Origin: Candidatus Kapaibacterium sp.
GTDB lineage: Bacteria > Bacteroidota > Ignavibacteria > Kapaibacteriales > Kapaibacteriaceae
Direction: 5' to 3'
Assembly (NCBI GenBank): GCA_018883125.1
Contig: VEQR01000001.1
Span: 1,497-65,496, forward strand
Length of the DNA stretch: 64,000 nt
The position numbers were made by a program, and so were the translations under genes. Below the pieces are notes generated by a model. It was not told the origin of the DNA. It ran no database searches and worked only from the letters and a program-made list of their open reading frames with translations. Shown here one piece after another: positions 39,069-50,300 of the stretch; position 1 is the first letter of the stretch; each line of letters opens with the position of its first letter.

Positions 39069-40522
39069 TCCTCAGTACTCAGTTTCGTCACCGTCATATC
39101 TACTTCCACCGGATAGCTTCCCGTGAAGCAGGCAGTGCAGTAGTTGATGCCCGGGCCCTGTGGAACGGAATCCATCAGCCCCTTGACGCTGAGATAACGC
39201 ACACTGTCGGCTCCAAGTTCATTGGCTATGGCTTCATCAGAGGTAAAGTGATTAGCAATGAGCTCGCCCTCGCTTGGGAAGTCCATTCCATACATGCATG
39301 GATGCTTGACAGGGGGCGAGGTGATGCGAAGGTGAACCTGTTCAGGCTTGGCCTCGCGAATGAGCTTGATGAGAGACTTCGATGTTGTGCCGCGGACTAT
39401 CGAATCGTCGATCACGACCACCGTGCGGCCTTCGAGAACGCCACGCACGACGTTGAACTTGGTCTTGACCTTAAACTCACGTTTGTCCTGACCCGGTGCG
39501 ATGAACGTACGTCCGACGTAATGCGAGCGGATGAGTCCGATCTCGTACCGCGAGGGGAACCGTTCTTGATTCACACGAGCATACCCAAGCGTTGCTGTGT
39601 TGCCCGAGTCTGGCACGGCGATGACCACCACGTCACGTTCATTCACTGCCGCAACCGGACTTTCCTCGGCAAGGTTCTTACCCATCTTGCGGCGGGCCTT
39701 GTCGACGTTGTGCCCGAAGATCTTCGAATCCGGACGCGAGAAGTACACGTACTCGAAGATGCAATGACGCGATGTCGTCATTGATTCATCGATGTAGTGC
39801 GAGGTTATCTCGCCGGTTGCAATTGTCTTCTCATCGAATACAAGAATCTCGTTGTGTTCTACATCGCGTATGTACTCAGCGCTGATGATGTCGAGAGCAC
39901 AGGTCTCGGATGCCACAACGTAGGCATATCCTTCATCATGCTTGATTCGGCCCACACACAGCGGCCGGAAGCCATGCGGGTCTCGCGTGGCATACATGGC
40001 GGTCTCTGAGAGCATGACGATAGAATACGCACCCTGCGCCGTTTGGACGGCTTCGCGAATCTGTTCGATCTGTGAAGACTTGCGACTGCGGGCGATCAGA
40101 TGGAGAAACAGCTCACTATCTGTGGTCGACTGAAAGATCGCCCCCTCGTTTTTGAGTCGCTCTCGAAGGGGGCGCGTGTTGGTAAGGTTGCCGTTATGCG
40201 CCAGCGCAAAATTTCCACCGGTATAGTTGAAGCTGAACGGCTGAATGTTTGCGAGCGAGTTACTGCCCGTTGTGGAATACCGGTTGTGTCCAACTGCCGA
40301 ACGGCCTTGGAGGGTCTTCTCAAAAAGACCGTGATCCGAAAACACATCCAGCACCAGCCCCTCGCCCTTATGGATTCCAAGGCGGGGCTTGCCGGATTTC
40401 TCGTCGGCGTACATCGACACAATGCCTGCTGCTTCCTGACCCCGATGTTGCAGGGCGTGAAGTGCGTAGTATGTAAGAGCCGATGCCTGGGGGTGGTTAA
40501 AGACGCCGACAATACCGCACAT
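39065..40522 (-). CDS. purF: Amidophosphoribosyltransferase
   Basis: Begins MCGIVGVF, the Ntn glutamine amidotransferase nucleophile Cys. The PRTase domain has ...VIDDSIVRGTT. Confidence 0.95.
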   Translation of the reverse strand: MCGIVGVFNHPQASALTYYALHALQHRGQEAAGIVSMYADEKSGKPRLGIHKGEGLVLDVFSDHGLFEKTLQGRSAVGHNRYSTTGSNSLANIQPFSFNYTGGNFALAHNGNLTNTRPLRERLKNEGAIFQSTTDSELFLHLIARSRKSSQIEQIREAVQTAQGAYSIVMLSETAMYATRDPHGFRPLCVGRIKHDEGYAYVVASETCALDIISAEYIRDVEHNEILVFDEKTIATGEITSHYIDESMTTSRHCIFEYVYFSRPDSKIFGHNVDKARRKMGKNLAEESPVAAVNERDVVVIAVPDSGNTATLGYARVNQERFPSRYEIGLIRSHYVGRTFIAPGQDKREFKVKTKFNVVRGVLEGRTVVVIDDSIVRGTTSKSLIKLIREAKPEQVHLRITSPPVKHPCMYGMDFPSEGELIANHFTSDEAIANELGADSVRYLSVKGLMDSVPQGPGINYCTACFTGSYPVEVDMTVTKLSTEE

Positions 40523-40523
40523 G

Positions 40524-41240
40524 TTACTCGTTCTCGTTCATGTTGTGGAACACATTCTGTACATCGTCATCATCTTCTAGCTTATCGATCAGCTTGATGA
40601 TCTCCTCGGCCTGCTCATCGGTCAACGTCACGGTGTTATTCGGCAGGCGACGCACTTCAGCATTGGTGACCGCAATGCCGGCCTGCTCCAGTGCACGCTG
40701 CACACCGATGAAATCGGCAAAGGATGTGTACGCGATGATGTCGTCATCCTGATCCACGATGTCCTCAGCCCCATTCTCGATGAGAAGCATTTCGAGGTCA
40801 TCGCGGTTCACACCGGCCGAAGGAATCGTGAACACACCCTTGCGATCGAAGATGAATTCCAGCGACCCGGACGTGCCAAGCTGTCCGTTGCACTTGTTGA
40901 AGTACGACCGCACATTGGCCACGGTCCGCGTTGGATTGTCAGTAGCCGTTTCCACAAAGATGGCTACGCCGTAAGGGGCGTACCCTTCGTAATTCATCTC
41001 CTCGAGCGTGGCCGCATCTTTGGCAGACGCCTTCTTGATAGCACTCTCGATGTTGTCCTTCGGCATGTTTGCCGCCTTGGCGTTCTGGATCACCACGCGT
41101 AGCCGCGCATTGGTCTCCACGTCCGGTCCACCAGCCTTCACGGCCAGCGATATCTCGCGTCCGTACTTGGTGAACGTTCGTGCCATGTTGGCCCAGCGCT
41201 TTTCTTTGCGGGCCCGTCGAAATTCAAATGCTCTACCCAT
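40524..41240 (-). CDS. yebC: YebC/PmpR-family DNA-binding transcriptional regulator
   Basis: 238 aa. GRAFEFRRARKEKRWANMARTFTKYGREI...GGPDVETNARLRVVIQNAKAANMPKDNIE is the YebC signature. Confidence 0.9.
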   Translation of the reverse strand: MGRAFEFRRARKEKRWANMARTFTKYGREISLAVKAGGPDVETNARLRVVIQNAKAANMPKDNIESAIKKASAKDAATLEEMNYEGYAPYGVAIFVETATDNPTRTVANVRSYFNKCNGQLGTSGSLEFIFDRKGVFTIPSAGVNRDDLEMLLIENGAEDIVDQDDDIIAYTSFADFIGVQRALEQAGIAVTNAEVRRLPNNTVTLTDEQAEEIIKLIDKLEDDDDVQNVFHNMNENE

Positions 41241-41269
41241 TAGGTTTTAGGTGTTGGGTTTTGGGTGTT

Positions 41270-41460
41270 GGGTTTGGGTTAGTCTAGTCATTTTGGCCGA
41301 AGCCCAGAGCAAGCAAGGGGCAGGGTTGATTTCGTTGATTCGGGCGAGGGCCGGGGGTTGATTTCGTTGATTCGGGCGAGACTGCGTCTCGCCCCTACAT
41401 GTCACTCCGTACCTCCGTCACTCCGTACCTCCGTCACTCCGTACCTTCTTCTCGTATATC
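41270..41460. repeat. Composite repeat: a G/T-rich microsatellite (GGTGTTGGGTTTTGG...), a duplicated 29-bp GGGTTGATTTCGTTGATTCGGGCGAG, the palindrome GGGCGAGACTGCGTCTCGCCCC, and GTCACTCCGTACCTCC x3
   Basis: Read directly from the sequence. The last repeat units extend into the 3' end of the GNAT CDS and encode its final residues (…SDGGTE*). Confidence 0.85.
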
Positions 41461-42563
41461 CGATACGTCCGGTATCGTTCGCCGTTCATGGTTTGGGTTA
41501 GCCCCTTGTTCATCATTTCGTTGCTTTCGAGGATCCAGCTGGCTTCGCCTTTGAGGATGCCGCGCTGCTTAGCACGTTCGCCGATCTCCATGTACATGGC
41601 CGCATCGATGCCGGTGCCACGGAATTCCGGCAGGACGCCGAGGACGATGATGCGGACAAGGTCGATAGATTTCTTTTTCGTGAGCAGGTGCCATACGCCG
41701 CCGAGGATACCACCGCTTTTGTTGTGCTTGAGGCATTGGTTGACGTCGGGCAGGGCCAAGCAGAAGCCGGCTACGCGGCCGTGACTCTCAACAACAAAGA
41801 CGAGATTCTCGTCGGCGATCTGCTTCAGGTCCGCCGCGAGGAAGTCGAACTCGGCGTCTGTGAATTTCACAAAGCCCCAGTTCTTTTCCCATGCCTGGTT
41901 GTAGATCTGCTTCAGGGTCTGGACGTCTTTCTCGAACTGCTTCTTGTTGCTGAAGTTGAACGACCGGAAGGTAAGGTCGTTACGCTTGACGATGACGTCG
42001 AACAGACGCTTCATCTTGTCAGACGCGTAGTCCTTGTTGTGCAGCAGGTACGCAAAAAGATCCTGTGCCTTGCCGTACCCAGCCCCTTCAATGAGCTTCG
42101 CATAGTAGGGCGGGTTGTAGGTCATCAGGATCACCGGCGTACCATCAAAGCCATCGATGAGAAGGCCGCATTCATCGTTCATCGATGGGTTGACGGGTCC
42201 GCGGATCTCATCCATTCCCTTTGACTTCACCCATTCTTCCGCCGCACGCAGCAGGGCTGTGGCTACTTCCTGATCGTCGATCGATTCGAAGAATCCGAAG
42301 AAGCCTGCCTTGTCGTTGTGCGTGGCGTTGTGATTGCGATTGATGATTCCCGCGATACGGCCAACAACTTCACCATTGCGCTCGGCCAAGAAGAGCTGTA
42401 TCGAGCCGTGCTGGTAGAACGGATTCTTCTTGGTGTTCAGAAGCTTCTGCCGATCCATGATCAGCGGGGGCGCCCAATGCGGGTCGTTCTTGTAAAAGTT
42501 CCATTGGGATTTGATGAATCGGAGTGTTTCCGATTCCGGGATGGCACGTACAGAAATGCTCAT
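41418..42563 (-). CDS. GNAT-family N-acetyltransferase-like protein (about 380-aa tandem acyl-CoA N-acyltransferase fold)
   Basis: Its length and FEKDVQTLKQIYNQAWEKNWGFV...VVESHGRVAGFCLALPD...IVLGVLPEFRGTGI resemble the large Bacteroidota GNAT-like family. Confidence 0.65.
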   Translation of the reverse strand: MSISVRAIPESETLRFIKSQWNFYKNDPHWAPPLIMDRQKLLNTKKNPFYQHGSIQLFLAERNGEVVGRIAGIINRNHNATHNDKAGFFGFFESIDDQEVATALLRAAEEWVKSKGMDEIRGPVNPSMNDECGLLIDGFDGTPVILMTYNPPYYAKLIEGAGYGKAQDLFAYLLHNKDYASDKMKRLFDVIVKRNDLTFRSFNFSNKKQFEKDVQTLKQIYNQAWEKNWGFVKFTDAEFDFLAADLKQIADENLVFVVESHGRVAGFCLALPDVNQCLKHNKSGGILGGVWHLLTKKKSIDLVRIIVLGVLPEFRGTGIDAAMYMEIGERAKQRGILKGEASWILESNEMMNKGLTQTMNGERYRTYRIYEKKVRSDGGTE

Positions 42564-42674
42564 GATGATTTCGGAGAAAATGGAACTTCTCGACCGACAA
42601 AGATACCACGGTGGCGCTGTCGTATTTTTTGCGGAGTCAAAATTTCATCGACCCTTTTTTGCGTCAGGACGCTT

Positions 42675-44015
42675 ATGACAACCCTCCGACTATTTGCCGT
42701 ACTTCTGCTGTGCTCAACAACGCTTGCAGCTGCCGGAGATGAACTCTCGAAGCGTTTTGCCCGCGATGCCGAGCGCATGCTAGCGTGGACGAAGGACGAC
42801 AAAGGCTGCTACTCACTGCTGGCAGATTTCTGCGATCATTATCCAAAGCGCCTCAGTGGCTCGGATAATCTTGAAAGGGGGCTCGACTGGCTCATCGGTA
42901 AGATGTCTGCCGAGGGCTGGAAGGTAAAGACTCAGCCCGTGATGGTTCCGAACTGGCGTCGTGGTAACGAATCGCTAACGATGTCCAAGCCGATTGCCCG
43001 TTCGCTACCGTTCTGCGGACTTGGTGGCAGTATCGGTACGGATGGCAAGCCCCTTACGGGTAAGGTCCTGGTGGTAAAGAGTTTCGATGACCTCAAGGCA
43101 CGCCAAGCAGAAGCCAAGGGCCGGATCGTTGTGTTCAATGTGCCATTCACAACCTATGGCGAAACGGTGCAGTATCGCAGTCGCGGTGCATCGGAGGCAT
43201 CTCGCTATGGGGCTATTGCATCGTTGGTGCGCAGCGTTGGACCCTATGGCATTCAGACGCCGCATACCGGCGGGATGGGGTATCAGAACGATGTGCCAAA
43301 GATCCCGCATGGGGCTGTCAGCATGGAAGATGCATTGATGATGCAGAGATGTCAGGACCGTGGAGAGACCATCGAGCTGACCCTGTCGATGGAAGCCACG
43401 TGGCTCCCAGACGCTCAGTCACGCAATGTGATCATTGAGATCCCGGGTTCAGAGTTCCCGAATGAGGTTGTCGTTATGGGTGGTCACATCGATTCGTGGG
43501 ACCTTGGCACGGGCGCTATGGATGATGCCGGCGGCTGCTTCGTTGCCTGGCGGGCGCTGACGATGATGAAGACGCTTGGACTCCGTCCGAAGCGTACCAT
43601 CCGCGTGTGCTTCTGGACGAATGAGGAAAACGGACTGCGTGGTGGCGAAGCCTACGCCAAGCAAACTGCCGATGAAAAGCATGTAATGGCCATCGAGAGC
43701 GATGCCGGCGTGTTTGCTCCAACGGGCTTTACCTGCAGCGACACCAACGGTGTGGTTCGAGCAACGGCAGAAGACATTGCCAATGGCCTCCTATCGAAGG
43801 TGCATGCAACAACGATCACGACCGGCAGCGGTGGTGCGGACACGAGCCCCCTTCACCGAATGGGAGTGCCAACGATGGAGCTAACAGTACAAGGTGAGCG
43901 CTACTTCTGGTACCACCACACCGAGGGCGATACGGTTGACAAGCTCAAGGAGCACGAGGTTAACGACTGCGTTTACGCCATGGCCGTTGTGGCCTGGACG
44001 TTTGCCAATAACTGA
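42675..44015 (+). CDS. M28-family zinc aminopeptidase (secreted)
   Basis: Signal peptide MTTLRLFAVLLLCSTTLAAA. Zinc ligand regions are GGHIDSWDLGTGAMDDAGG and EENG. The ORF-track start at 42318 overlaps the GNAT gene and is rejected. Confidence 0.8.
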   Translation: MTTLRLFAVLLLCSTTLAAAGDELSKRFARDAERMLAWTKDDKGCYSLLADFCDHYPKRLSGSDNLERGLDWLIGKMSAEGWKVKTQPVMVPNWRRGNESLTMSKPIARSLPFCGLGGSIGTDGKPLTGKVLVVKSFDDLKARQAEAKGRIVVFNVPFTTYGETVQYRSRGASEASRYGAIASLVRSVGPYGIQTPHTGGMGYQNDVPKIPHGAVSMEDALMMQRCQDRGETIELTLSMEATWLPDAQSRNVIIEIPGSEFPNEVVVMGGHIDSWDLGTGAMDDAGGCFVAWRALTMMKTLGLRPKRTIRVCFWTNEENGLRGGEAYAKQTADEKHVMAIESDAGVFAPTGFTCSDTNGVVRATAEDIANGLLSKVHATTITTGSGGADTSPLHRMGVPTMELTVQGERYFWYHHTEGDTVDKLKEHEVNDCVYAMAVVAWTFANN

Positions 44016-44020
44016 CCGGT

Positions 44021-45859
44021 TTACTTACCAACGAAGGTCACCGTCAGCTCACGGGGCTTACCATCGCGTAGCACCTTGACGGTTGTAACATCGCCCGGCT
44101 TGAAGGTGCCAAGCGCCGTCATCAGGTCATAGATGTTCTTGATGGTCGTTGCGCCCATGGCCGTAATGATGTCATCACCTTCAAGACCGCCCTTTTCGGC
44201 CGGAGATCCAGGCTTGACGCCGGTGATGTGAAGACCTTGGGGATCGTCACTGTAATCCGGAACAACACCAAAGGTGACCTTTAGTGCCATGCTGGATGAC
44301 TGCGTGGCAGCTGGCTTGTCGGCACCCTTGGCAAAGTCCGGACGAGCAGGAGCATCGCCGATCATGCGCAGGGCGCGCTCCACCATAGACAGAACCGTGA
44401 CCTGACCGTCAGCGTTGACCTTGTCCCACGTGTCCGACGGACGGTGATAGTCGCCATGAAGTCCGGTGAAGAAGAACAGCACAGGAATGCCCTTGCCCGT
44501 GAACGACGAGTGATCGCTCGGACCAAAACCATCGGCTGTAGTGGTAACGGTAAGGGGCAGCCCCTTCTTTGCAGAGTCAATCACGGCCGGCCAAACCGAG
44601 GATGTGCCAAGACCCTGAACATTCAACTTGCCGTCCTTAAGACGGCCGATCATATCGAGGTTTATCATCGCAGCGATCTTCTCCAGCGGAATCGTCGGCG
44701 TGGACACCCAGTGCTTCGAGCCAAGGAGCCCCTTCTCTTCGCCGCTGAATGCCATGAAGAGAACGCTTCTCTTCAGGGGGCTTGCCGATACCGCGCGCGC
44801 AAGCTCGATCATGCCCGCCGTTCCGGAGGCGTTGTCGTCGGCCCCGTAATGAATTGCCGGCTCTGGTGATGCCGCAAGGGAGTTCTCATCGCCCATGCCA
44901 ATGTGGTCGTAGTGGGCACCTACAACCACGTACTCATCCTTCAGCGTTGGATCTGTTCCCTCCACCATACCGATGAGGTTGGACGTAGTGCTTTCCTCGA
45001 AGCTCAGTCCAACGGTAACATTCGACGTCACGTTCGCCAAGGCGAACGACATTGGCTTCTTGGTCTTCTCGATCTCGGATTCGGCAACAAACAGGGACGT
45101 GCCCTTTGGCGGGAACACCTTGGCGCACGTGGACCGGCGCGCCTGCACTACAAGGATGCCCGAGTTCTTACCAAGTCGGTCGAGTCCAAACCGTGAGAGC
45201 ACGTCGGCAGAATCGCCGTTCTTGTTCACGAAGATCACCGCCAGCGCCCCCTTGTCCCGGGCCACGGTGGTTTTGCTACGAATCGATGACAGCTGGCGGA
45301 GCGACTCATCTTTTTCTGCCCAGCCCGGAAGGCCGCGCAGGACAACGATGATCTTCCCCTTGACGTCGACGCCGGCATAGTCGTCGTACGACGACGTCGA
45401 AAGTCCATATCCCGCAAAGGCAACATCACCCTTTACCGAGCCCGACTCGCTAAAGCCGAACGGCTGGTAATCGGCACCGAGCTTCCATCCCACAGTAATG
45501 GGGCGTGTTTGGTCAACCGGAACGCCCGGACGTTCAATCACGACGGAGAAGCTTACCGAATTCGAGCCGGTGAGCTTTACGCCGGTGGTCAGCGTGAAGG
45601 GATCACCATAGCTGGCACGTCCGGCCCTCTTCAGTCCGATCGCCTCGAACTGGGACATCACATAGGTGGCTGCCTTTTCAATGCCGCTCGATCCGGGTCC
45701 ACGACCCATACAACTATCCGAGGCAAGAACGCGGACGTGGTCAACGATCCGCTGAGCAGCCGGCGTTGTAGCAGTCTGTGCATGGGAGGAACCTGACCAG
45801 AGTCCGAAGACAAGGGTGAAAACTGCCGTGAAGTGGGTCGTAGTGGGCCGTGAGCGCAT
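44021..45859 (-). CDS. M28-family peptidase with PA and C-terminal PDZ domains
   Basis: Signal peptide MRSRPTTTHFTAVFTLVFGLWSGSSHA. M28 motifs are VVGAHYDHIG and YGADDNASGTAGMIELAR. The C-terminal PDZ is GLHITGVKPGSPAEKGGLEGDDIITAMG. Confidence 0.8.
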   Translation of the reverse strand: MRSRPTTTHFTAVFTLVFGLWSGSSHAQTATTPAAQRIVDHVRVLASDSCMGRGPGSSGIEKAATYVMSQFEAIGLKRAGRASYGDPFTLTTGVKLTGSNSVSFSVVIERPGVPVDQTRPITVGWKLGADYQPFGFSESGSVKGDVAFAGYGLSTSSYDDYAGVDVKGKIIVVLRGLPGWAEKDESLRQLSSIRSKTTVARDKGALAVIFVNKNGDSADVLSRFGLDRLGKNSGILVVQARRSTCAKVFPPKGTSLFVAESEIEKTKKPMSFALANVTSNVTVGLSFEESTTSNLIGMVEGTDPTLKDEYVVVGAHYDHIGMGDENSLAASPEPAIHYGADDNASGTAGMIELARAVSASPLKRSVLFMAFSGEEKGLLGSKHWVSTPTIPLEKIAAMINLDMIGRLKDGKLNVQGLGTSSVWPAVIDSAKKGLPLTVTTTADGFGPSDHSSFTGKGIPVLFFFTGLHGDYHRPSDTWDKVNADGQVTVLSMVERALRMIGDAPARPDFAKGADKPAATQSSSMALKVTFGVVPDYSDDPQGLHITGVKPGSPAEKGGLEGDDIITAMGATTIKNIYDLMTALGTFKPGDVTTVKVLRDGKPRELTVTFVGK

Positions 45860-45939
45860 GATGGTCTGCCTATGTTTGTACCACTGCAAAACTACGTCTG
45901 CACCCCCTTGCCCCCTAACGCTTACCGATCCACCGCAGG

Positions 45940-47397
45940 ATGAGTTCCAAGATCGCCCGACTCGCATCGGACACCGTTGTCTATGGCATTTCGACCGTGC
46001 TGTCGAGGTTTCTGACGTTTCTGCTAACGCCGCTCTTTACGAACTACCTCAGCAAGACAGAGATCGGAGAGGTGGCGGCGATCTACGCGATGATCGCCTT
46101 CGTCAACATCCTCTATTCCTTGGGGATGGAGCCGGCGTTCATGCGGTTCTGGCACAAGGATGACGCAGAGGGGAACCAGCAGGTCTTCACCACGGCATTT
46201 TCAACGGTGGCGGCACTGAGTGTTGCTGTTACACTTGCAACAATCCTGCTGGCTGCGCCTATTGCCAGCTCGCCGATGCTTGCGCTGGGAGGTCAGGGGG
46301 CTCACCTTGTCCAGATCGCCGCGCTCATCCCATTACTCGATGGACTTGTGCTGATACCATTTGCCCAGCTTCGCATGCAGCGGCGTCCGCGTGTCTTTGC
46401 ATCGCTGCGTCTGCTGTCCGTTGTCGTGACCTTCGCCTTCACGCTGCTGTTCGTGGTCGGGTTTGGCTGGCGCATTGAAGGGGCTCTCTGGGCCGGCGTC
46501 ATTGGAAGTGCCACCACGTTTCTGGTGTTTTTACCGGGCATTGTCGGGACGCTTCGGTCAACAGTCTTTTCGGTACGTGGTCTGCTCCGACAGATGCTCG
46601 CGTTCGGTCTGCCCACCGTTCCATCGAATTTCTCGTCGATCATGGTGCAGGTGGCAGATAGACCCATCATGCTGATGCTTACCAGCAGCAGTGTTGTGGG
46701 GATGTATCAAACGAACTTCCGGCTGGCGTTGCCGATGATGATGTTCGTTACGGTGTTCGAGTATGCCTGGAAACCGTTCTACCTGAATCATCGTCACGAC
46801 GACGATGCCAAGCAGACCTTTGCAACCGTCTTCACAGCGTTCACCGCCGTGTGTGGTGCGATCTTCCTTGTTACGTCACTGTTCATTGAATACGTTGTAC
46901 AGCTGCCATTCATTGGTGGACGCTTCGTCAACCCGGAGTATTGGGACGGACTCACGATCATCCCGGTGGTGATGTTCGCCTACTTCTTCAACGGTGTGTT
47001 CATCAACATGGCTGCCGGACTGCATATCGAGAAGCGGACCGGGTTCTTTCCCATTGCCACGATCACGGCAGCCATCGTCAGTGTTTTTGCCACATGGCTC
47101 CTCGTCCCACCATACGGCATCATGGGAGCTGCCTGGGCAAAGGTTCTTGCCTACGTTGTGAGTGCCGTTATGCTGTTCGAATTCTCTCAGCGTGTGTACC
47201 CGATACGCTATGAATGGGGCAAGGTTGGTGTGCTTGTGAGCTCATCGGCCATTGCGTACCTCGGCGTGATCTCTGCTCCGCTTGAGGGCAACTTTATGAT
47301 CGCGGCTCGCGTTGCCGTCATTGCCGCATATAGTTCTGTCGCCTTCATGCTTCTCGGGGGACGACGTTCATCAATCAAGGGGCTGTTTCGGAGATGA
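45940..47397 (+). CDS. Oligosaccharide/polysaccharide flippase (MOP superfamily, Wzx-like)
   Basis: 485 aa with about 12-14 TM helices. The N-terminus IARLASDTVVYGISTVLSRFLTFLLTPLFTNYLSKTEIGE is typical of polysaccharide biosynthesis (PST) flippases. Confidence 0.8.
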   Translation: MSSKIARLASDTVVYGISTVLSRFLTFLLTPLFTNYLSKTEIGEVAAIYAMIAFVNILYSLGMEPAFMRFWHKDDAEGNQQVFTTAFSTVAALSVAVTLATILLAAPIASSPMLALGGQGAHLVQIAALIPLLDGLVLIPFAQLRMQRRPRVFASLRLLSVVVTFAFTLLFVVGFGWRIEGALWAGVIGSATTFLVFLPGIVGTLRSTVFSVRGLLRQMLAFGLPTVPSNFSSIMVQVADRPIMLMLTSSSVVGMYQTNFRLALPMMMFVTVFEYAWKPFYLNHRHDDDAKQTFATVFTAFTAVCGAIFLVTSLFIEYVVQLPFIGGRFVNPEYWDGLTIIPVVMFAYFFNGVFINMAAGLHIEKRTGFFPIATITAAIVSVFATWLLVPPYGIMGAAWAKVLAYVVSAVMLFEFSQRVYPIRYEWGKVGVLVSSSAIAYLGVISAPLEGNFMIAARVAVIAAYSSVAFMLLGGRRSSIKGLFRR

Positions 47398-50300
47398 AGA
47401 CTTCTCTCTACCTCATCGTTGCAAGCGTTGTTCTGGTATCGTGCAGTTCGCAGCGTGTTCCGGATGGACCATCGGTGAGTGGACGCAAAGAGTTCGATGA
47501 ACTCAAGCATCGCGACCCGGCGCTTGGCGTGGTTCCCACGGATATGCGTCAACGCGAACTGGCCTTTGCTCAACGACTTGCAGATCAGGTTCTCGAGAGC
47601 AAATCATCCGAAGAAGTGCAGGCGTATGCTTCGTGGAAGTCGGGCGGACCCTGGAACATTGGTGGACGCACCCGGGCAATTGCGTTCGACATTCGCGATG
47701 CGAAGACGATCATCATCGGAGCTGTGTCAGGGGGCATTTGGAAATCGACGGATGCCGGCGCTACATGGCAGATCTGCACAAAGCCGGATCAGCTGCATAG
47801 CGTTGCATGCGTTGCTCAGGACACACGCAAGGGCTTTGAAAACATATGGTATGCCGGCACAGGTGAGATCTACGGTAACTCGGCGCAGATCTCCGGTAAC
47901 GGCATTCTGAAGTCGACAGATAACGGTAATACGTGGAGCCCCTTGCCTTCAACGGTGAGCTCGAGCATTCCGGCAAATCATCAGTTCGCCTATACGTGGC
48001 GAGCTCTTGTTCACTCGCAACGGGATAGTCAGGAAGTGTACGTTGCCACAGCCCGTGCCGGTTTGTATCGATCGACGAATGGTGGGGCTGCGTGGACGGC
48101 AGTCCTTGGCAGCAACTCGATCTTTTCGGACGTGGTCGTTACCTCCAACGGAACCCTCTATGCAGCGTTTGCCGGGTTTACCGGAACGCAGGGCTCGATA
48201 TCATCCCGCTGGGGCGTGTTTCGTAGCACGAATGGTACCACGTGGACGAATGTGACGCCCCCTGACATGAAGAATACCGTCAAGCGCATTGTGCTAGCCC
48301 CTGTGCCGCAGCATCCGGAGCAGATATTCGTGTTGGCGGAAACCCCGGATCAGGGGGCGAAAGGTTCGACGATCTATCGTGGCGAAGAGCGCTTCGAATG
48401 GCACAGTCTGTGGAAGTATACACGCACCTCGGCCGACACCGGAACGTGGGAGAATCGCTCGGCCAACATTCCTTTGACCGATGAGCAGCGGGGTGACTTC
48501 TACTCACAAGGCGGATACGACCTGCTGGTAAAGGTCTCGCCGCATGATTCCAACCTTGTTGTTATCGGTGGCACGAACCTCTATCGTTCGACGGATGGTC
48601 TCATGTCCACCAAGAACACAAAGTGGATAGGGGGCTATTGGAAGCCGACCCCGTCATTCGATAAATACTCATCGTACAAGGACCATCATCCGGACCAGCA
48701 CGATGTGCTGTTTCATCCTGCAAATCCTAAGCAGATGTTCAGTGCAAACGACGGTGGGGTTTATGTGACCGATGATATCCTTGCCGATTCCGTTGTCTGG
48801 CGTGATCTGAACCGTGGATACTTGACGACGCAATTCTACACCGTTGATATTCCAAACATGCCAGGCTTTGAAACCTCGCGCAAGATCATCGGCGGTATGC
48901 AGGATAACTCTGTGTGGTTTCAGCGAGATGAAGACGAGCCCACAACAACTCCCTGGCTACGCGTGGGTGGCGGTGATGGTGCATACAGCTACTTCGTCAG
49001 CGGCGGACCATCATACTCGGTGTACTACTCTTCGCAACAGGGTCGCGTGTACTATGTGCGGTATGATTCCTCCGGCAAAGAGAGTTATCGAAAGCGTATC
49101 GATCCGATCGGACCAAAGGACTACTTGTTCATCAATCCGTATGTACCGCATCCGGTAGATCAACACATGATCTACATGGCGGGTGACAACCAGCTCTGGC
49201 GACTCAACGATGTGAACATGATTCCGGCTGGCAATTCGGATTCAACACTCATCGGATGGGACTCGCTTACGAAGACCAACGTAGGCACGGCGCAGATCTC
49301 GTGTGTACTGGCAACCACCACTGCTGATGGCAAACATCACCGTGTCTTTTATGGCACATCAAGCGGAAAGGTCTATCGGTTGGATTCAGCAGAAAGGGGC
49401 AATCCTACTCCGAAGGACGTTACATCCACCTCGATGCGCAGCGGTGCTTTCATAAATTCCGTGAGCATCGATCCCCGCAACCGAGAGCACGTTGTGGTGT
49501 GTCTGTCCAACTACGGCGTGGTGAGCATCTTTGAAACGTTCGATGCCGGCGACACATGGCAGGCTATCGCTGGGAATCTCGAAGAGAATCTCTCTGGAGT
49601 GGGCAATGGCCCGGCGGTAAACTGGGCAGCTATCCGTCCGTACGATGATAGCATAACGGTGCTGATCGCTGCAACTTCTACAGGACTCTACTTCACGCCG
49701 AGAACCAACGGTATGTCCACGGTGTGGACGCCAACAGCAACCGAAGAACTTGGTAATGTTCCCTGCGACATGGTCGTAACGCGGATGTCGATGAGTCCCA
49801 AGGCCGACAAGACCATTGCCGTAGCTACACACGGACGGGGAACGTGGTGGGGTGAGATCACCTCACTTCCGGCCCGTCCTTCTCGTGTGGAGCTTGCCTC
49901 GCCCCCTGACATGCGTCGGGGCATCCTACCCGACACCGTGCTCACGTGGAAGGCCGCAGCCGGCGCTGTTTCGTACTCGGTCTTTCTTGAATGTGCCGGC
50001 GATACGACGCGGAATGCATCGTATCAGGGAATTCGTGAAACATCTTTCAAGGTGCAGAATCTGAAGCAGGGCCCGGAACGATACACATGGACCGTTGAGC
50101 CGTATGGTGCTGGTGGAGCGGGAGAACGTGCACAGCAGTGGTCCTTTAGCACTGCTATTCGTCCGCCGGCACTGCTGAAGCCAGCCGCCGCCGCAACGGA
50201 TGTGTCACCGGTTGTGCTTGTGTGGGAACGCGTTCCGGGTGCACGGCGGTATGATGTGGAAGTTGCCGCGAACGCGGGTTTTAAGCCCATCGTCGCCAGC

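Noticed and set aside
39017-40597. Plus-strand ORFs 39017..39784 and 40100..40597
   Set aside because: They are antisense to purF, whose identity is unambiguous.
42318-42674. N-terminal 119-aa extension of the M28 peptidase ORF
   Set aside because: It overlaps the GNAT-like gene on the opposite strand. The peptidase has a clean signal peptide starting at the internal Met at 42675.
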